Source of the DNA: an uncultured delta proteobacterium | GTDB taxonomy: Bacteria; Myxococcota_A; Polyangia; Fen-1088 | DNA: 64,000 nt | Direction: 5' to 3' | Assembly: GCA_963824555.1 (NCBI GenBank) | Contig: CAWGPW010000016.1 | Coordinates: 611,109 to 675,108 of the forward strand | Shown here: in pieces, positions 63,854 to 64,000 of the stretch | Layout of the letters: each line of letters opens with the position of its first letter | Position numbering within the stretch: position 1 is the stretch's first letter | Program-made: the position numbers and the translations under genes | Notes under the pieces: model-generated | Seen by the model: the letters and a program-made list of their open reading frames with translations, nothing else | What the model was told of the DNA's origin: nothing | Database searches by the model: none

Positions 63854-64000
63854 ATGCCGAGCCCAACGCTTGCAAGCCTTCGCGTCTTGCTCACCCGCCC
63901 CGCGGGCGAGCGCGCGGACGAGTGGGCCGCCGCGTTCGCCCGCGCAGGTGCCGTTCCCATCGCGTATCCGACCGTGGCCATTGTCGCGCCCGAGTCATGG
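63854..64000 (+). CDS. Partial ORF running off the window, possibly uroporphyrinogen-III synthase-like N-terminus
   Basis: MPSPTLASLRVLLTRPAGERADEWAAAFARAGAVPIAYPTVAIV.. resembles HemD N-termini (LxVLxTRP..). Only 49 codons are visible. Confidence 0.3.
   Translation, partial: MPSPTLASLRVLLTRPAGERADEWAAAFARAGAVPIAYPTVAIVAPESW

Overview
High-GC window, about 85-90% coding, spanning a chromosomal replication-origin region. The gene content looks myxobacterial (Myxococcota): CdnL, many PilZ proteins, and pilB-pilT-pilC-pilS. The core is rpmH-rnpA-yidD-yidC on the minus strand, then a 0.7-kb non-coding spacer, then dnaA-dnaN-recF-gyrB on the plus strand. The dnaA-dnaN spacer holds a perfect DnaA box and several degenerate ones. 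Housekeeping genes flank this core: ribA, def, folB, arfB, uvrB, trmB, thiE, tsaD-rsmA-mutM, proB/proC, bioF/bioD, rsmG and jag. Other content includes a partial type IV pilus cluster, a PilZ-rich neighbourhood, and an ankyrin / DUF2723 / Omp85 trio. The most unusual locus is at 52.2-57.1 kb. It is a tightly overlapping operon encoding an ECF sigma factor, a zf-HC2 anti-sigma with a DUF4384-like periplasmic domain, a secreted caspase-fold (peptidase C14) protein fused to a beta-barrel-like C-terminus, and two paralogous lipoproteins. Several families of dispersed palindromic, MITE/REP-like repeats fill the intergenic gaps, and some supply start or stop codons to neighbouring genes. Five genes, including essential gyrB, carry apparent single-base frame disruptions. 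These are most simply explained as assembly indel errors. I recognised no rRNA, tRNA or CRISPR array. All calls rest on reading the translations and sequence by eye; no searches were run.
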